Assembly (NCBI RefSeq): GCF_009914755.1
Contig: NC_060926.1
From: the human T2T-CHM13v2.0 reference genome, Homo sapiens
Reading direction: 5' to 3' (one strand)
Length of the DNA stretch: 64,000 nt
Positions 62,992-64,000 of the stretch are shown piece by piece. The position numbers were made by a program, and so were the translations under genes. How positions within the stretch are numbered: the first letter of the stretch is position 1; each line of letters opens with the position of its first letter. The notes beneath the pieces were generated by a model. The model was not told the origin of the DNA. It worked only from the letters and a program-made list of their open reading frames with translations, and made no database searches.

Positions 62992-64000
62992 TTTTTTTTT
63001 GAAACAGAGTCTCACTCTGTTGTGTCCGGAAATGGTGGGTTCTTGGTCTCGCTGACTTCAAGAATGAAGCCACAGACCTTCGTGGTGAGTGTTACAGTTC
63101 TTAAAGGTGGTGTGTCCAGAGTTTATTCCTTCTGGTGGGTTCGTGGTCTCGCTGACTTCAGGAGTGAAGCTGCAGACCTTCATGGTGAGTGTTACAGGTC
63201 TTAAAGGCAGCACGTCTGGAGTTGTTCGTTCTTTCCGGTGGGTTCGTGGTCTTACTGGCCTCAAGAGTGAAGCTGCAGACCTTCGCGGTGAGTGTTACGG
63301 TTTGTAAAGGTGGCGCATCCGGAGTTGTTCATTCCTCCTGTCTGGCGTTGTTCGTCCTTACAGAGAGCTGATTGGTCCGTTTTGACAGACTGCTGATTGG
63401 TGCGTTTACAATCCTTTAGCTAGACACAGAGTGCTGATGGGCGCATTTACAATCCTTTAGCTAGACAGAAAAGTTCTCCAAGGCCCCACCCCACCCAGAA
63501 GCCCAGTAGGCTTCACCTCTCAATAGCACTCGCTGCGGGACTTTGCGGCACCTAGCCCAGGCACTCCGGCAGCCCAGAGGGAGCTCATCCCCCGATCAAG
63601 CCCAGCAGGCGTCGGCCGCGACAGGCCCAGTCCGCGCCCACCCGGAACCCGCGCCGGCCGACGAGCGAGCTGCTGCACGCAGCCCCGGCTCCTGCCTGCG
63701 CCTCTCCCTCCACACCTCCCGGCGAGCAGAGGCTCAGGCCTCGACCAGCCCCAGAGAAGGGCCCCACAGCGCAGCGGCGGGCTGAAGGGCTCCTCCAGCA
63801 CGCCAGAGCGGACGCGGAGGCCAACGAGGCGCCGAGAGTAAGCAAGGGCTGCTAGCACGTTGTCACCTCTCACTGTCACCTAGGCTGGAGTGCAGTGGTA
63901 AATCTCGGCTCACTGCAACCTCCACCTCCCGGGTTCAGGTGATTCTTGTGCCTCAGCCTCCTGAGTAGCTGGGATTACAGGCACGCGCCACCACTCTGCT
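62992..64000 (-). mobile_element. Antisense Alu split by LTR12 (pieces 62992-63020 and 63873-64000; runs off the window)
   Basis: 'ttttgaaacagagtctcactctgt' resumes as 'cacctaggctggagtgcagtgg' after the LTR. Confidence 0.92.
63021..63872 (-). mobile_element. LTR12 (ERV9) solo LTR, 852 bp, inserted into an antisense Alu
   Basis: Minus strand starts TGAGAGGTGACAAC and ends TCCGGACACA; 4-bp TSD ctgt at 63017-63020 and 63873-63876. CpG-rich U3, CCAAT repeats and three ~100-bp U5 repeats. Confidence 0.96.

Noticed and set aside
63520-63879. GC-rich ORFs and an apparent CpG island suggesting a new gene start
   Set aside because: Entirely within the LTR12 U3 region.

Overview
Human (primate) genomic DNA, not prokaryotic. 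It is CpG-depleted and dense in Alu, L1, MIR and LTR repeats. The + strand carries the promoter region and the first 12 coding exons of KIAA2012, an uncharacterised gene recognised from memory of its protein sequence. The exons were rebuilt by hand from GT-AG junctions and splice into one open frame of 1831 nt (about 610 codons); the gene continues past the window end. The introns hold about 36 Alu pieces, L1/L2/MIR remnants, MaLR/ERVL solo LTRs, hAT and Tc1/mariner MITEs, a U13 snoRNA retrocopy, a 57-bp minisatellite and a CpG-rich LTR12 inserted in an Alu. Almost all other ORF-track entries are repeat-derived or chance ORFs. I found no wholly new multi-gene system. The best leads are regulatory and splicing signals: RFX X-boxes suggesting a ciliary gene, an intronic ETS+TCT+YY1 promoter-like module, an Alu whose target-site duplication copies the exon 5 donor and adds a stronger one, in-frame alternative splice sites, a splice-signal-rich minisatellite, local templated duplications and several non-B-DNA elements. 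Repeat boundaries and subfamily names are by-eye estimates.
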